In this document: piece after piece, positions 43,248 through 44,821 of the stretch
Layout: every line of letters begins with the position of its first letter
Position numbering within the stretch: the stretch's first letter is position 1
IMG/VR virus record: IMGVR_UViG_3300042868_004919
Coordinates: 1 to 44,821 of that record
DNA from: a virus
Lineage: Duplodnaviria > Caudoviricetes
Reading direction: 5' to 3' (one strand)
DNA length: 44,821 bases
Notes under the pieces: model-generated
Seen by the model: the letters and a program-made list of their open reading frames with translations, nothing else
Databases searched by the model: none
Told to the model about the DNA's origin: nothing
Translations under genes and position numbers: made by a program

Positions 43248-43280
43248 CGTGTCCGTAACGGCGTAGCACGCCGCTAAAGT
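43248..43280 (+). promoter_or_regulatory. Putative late promoter 6 (scaffold/capsid operon)
   Basis: CGTGTCCGT (43248-43256), 18 nt, TAAAGT (43275-43280). Confidence 0.8.
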
Positions 43281-43287
43281 GCAAGCC

Positions 43288-43608
43288 GTGGCAACCAACA
43301 CAGACCCGACAGACCTCAGGCGCATTGAGCGCGAAGCCGACGCCGAACAGGCTGGGGCTATCGACCGCCGACGCAAAGAACTGGACGACCTGCGCTGGTT
43401 GCTGGCCCACCCGCAAGGCCGACGCATTACTGCTCGCTTGCTGGATGAAGCCGGGGTGTTCCGCAGCACGTTCAATCATTCCGGGTCAGTAATGGCCTTC
43501 AATGAGGGGCGGCGGCATATCGGGCTTTTTCTGACAGGCGAGTTGATGGAATCGTCAGCCGACGGGTACTTCAAAGTCCTCAAGGAATTTAAGGCCAAAG
43601 ATGAATGA
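43288..43608 (+). CDS. Bbp19-like head protein; likely GTG start 43288
   Basis: 'DDLRWLL..QGRR...RLL..AGVFRSTF..MAFNEGRR.IGL'. Confidence 0.8.
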   Translation: MATNTDPTDLRRIEREADAEQAGAIDRRRKELDDLRWLLAHPQGRRITARLLDEAGVFRSTFNHSGSVMAFNEGRRHIGLFLTGELMESSADGYFKVLKEFKAKDE

Positions 43609-44194
43609 CCCTATTGCAGTGACCGGCACACCGACCCCCGACGCTGGAAACGCGAACCCTGAGACCTCTGCCGCTGTACCTACGGCGCCTGTCGTCGAAA
43701 CAACGAGCACCACCCAGCCCGAAGGCCAAAAGCCAGCCGAGCCAGTGGCGCCCGAAAGTTACGATTTCAAAATGCCGGAAGGGGTCGAACTTGATGCGGC
43801 AGCCGCCGACGAGTTCACCGCAATCGCCAAGGAATTGAAACTAGACCAAGCCACCGCGCAAAAGGTCGCGGACGTTGGCGCCAAGATGGCCCAGCGTCAA
43901 GCCGAAGCGCACGCCAAGCTGGTCGAGACCTGGACAGAACAGGTTAAGACCGACAAGGACATCGGGGGCGACAAGCTGGATCAATCCCTAGCCGTTGCAC
44001 GTAAAGCGCTCGATAAGTTTGGGACGCCCGAATTGCGGGACGTTTTGAACAGCACCGGTTTGGGCAACCATCCGGCTGTAATTCGCGCGTTTTACAACGC
44101 TGGCAAAGCTATCAGCGAGGACGTGCTAGTGACGGGAGCCCCAGCGGGCCCCAACACCGACCCGTCTAAACGACTGTTTCCCAACATGAACTAA
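43601..44194 (+). CDS. Scaffolding protein (annotated as a putative protease in related phages)
   Basis: Low-complexity N-terminus, 'PESYDF..PEG', 'GLGNHP..IR.F...GKAISED', 'LFPNM'; precedes the capsid gene. Confidence 0.8.
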   Translation: MNDPIAVTGTPTPDAGNANPETSAAVPTAPVVETTSTTQPEGQKPAEPVAPESYDFKMPEGVELDAAAADEFTAIAKELKLDQATAQKVADVGAKMAQRQAEAHAKLVETWTEQVKTDKDIGGDKLDQSLAVARKALDKFGTPELRDVLNSTGLGNHPAVIRAFYNAGKAISEDVLVTGAPAGPNTDPSKRLFPNMN

Positions 44195-44210
44195 ACCTGA
44201 AAGGTATGCC

Positions 44211-44821
44211 ATGCCCGCACTTGCAGTAAACAATCCCACGCTTCTGGACGTAGCACGTCGCACCGACCCGGATGGCAAGATTGCCACCATCGTCGAACTG
44301 CTCAACCAGTCCAACGAAGTCCTGACCGATATGTCGTTTGTCGAGGGCAACCTTGAAACCGGCAACAAAACGACCGTTCGCACCGGCCTGCCATCCCCGA
44401 CCTGGCGCAAGCTGTACGGCGGCGTGCAGCCCACCAAGTCCACCACCGCCCAGGTGCAGGACTCGTGCGGTATGTTGGAAGCCTACGCCGAAATCGACAA
44501 GGCCCTGGCCGACCTGAACGGTAACACCGCCGCGTTCCGTATGTCTGAGGATGCCGCCCACATTGAGGGTATGTCCCAGACCATGGCGAACACGCTTTTT
44601 TACGGCAACGAGGGTAGCACGCCCGAAGCGTTCACCGGCCTGGCCCCGCGCTTCAACAGCCTGAGCGCCCAGAACGCCGACAACATCGTCAGCGCTGGCG
44701 GCACCGGCACCGACAACACGTCTATTTGGCTGTGCGTCTGGGGCCCACAGACCGGCTTCGGTATCTACCCCAAGGGTAGCCAAGCTGGCCTGCAAATGAC
44801 CGACAAGGGTCAGGTCACTAT
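44211..44821 (+). CDS. Major capsid protein, N-terminal part (runs off the end and continues at 210)
   Basis: RBS GAAAGG; MPALAVNNPTLLDVARRTDPDGKIATIVELLNQSNEVL..TTVRTGLPSPTWRKLYGGVQP..; no stop before the end of the window. Confidence 0.93.
   Translation, partial: MPALAVNNPTLLDVARRTDPDGKIATIVELLNQSNEVLTDMSFVEGNLETGNKTTVRTGLPSPTWRKLYGGVQPTKSTTAQVQDSCGMLEAYAEIDKALADLNGNTAAFRMSEDAAHIEGMSQTMANTLFYGNEGSTPEAFTGLAPRFNSLSAQNADNIVSAGGTGTDNTSIWLCVWGPQTGFGIYPKGSQAGLQMTDKGQVT
44613..44821. repeat. Terminal direct repeat (circular assembly overlap), copy 2
   Basis: Matches 1-209 with one mismatch. Confidence 0.97.

Overview
The window is a complete, circularly permuted genome (unit length 44,612 bp) of a GC-rich podovirus of the Bordetella BPP-1/epsilon15-like type. 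Bases 1-209 repeat 44613-44821, cutting through the major capsid gene. The host is probably a beta-proteobacterium (inference). The + strand carries terS, terL, portal, scaffold, capsid, cement, tail adaptor and nozzle, three ejection proteins, two receptor-binding modules and a holin/GH108 endolysin lysis cassette. The - strand carries the early/replication arm: DUF2800 nuclease, DUF2815 SSB, family A DNA polymerase, VRR-NUC, SNF2 helicase and small ORFs. A rightward Cro-like / methyltransferase / primase-helicase operon ends in an iteron-type origin. I see no integrase, cI repressor, reverse transcriptase/DGR, tRNA or CRISPR array. The most notable observations are: (1) a 2546-aa ejection protein carrying four different ADP-ribosyltransferase-like cassettes, each bracketed by an L-x-Q motif, plus a split HExxH peptidase, which may be a self-processing injected effector polyprotein; (2) a phage-specific late promoter, CGTGTCCGT-N18-nAnnnT, present six times with invariant spacing, with a candidate HTH activator; (3) a palindromic operator, TAGC-N4-GCTA, overlapping the -10 box of the early promoters, with a Cro-like protein bearing a four-Cys tail as candidate regulator; (4) two bistable-looking RNA leaders with the same 3' end in front of the replication genes. 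All family assignments come from motif recognition by eye; no database search was run.
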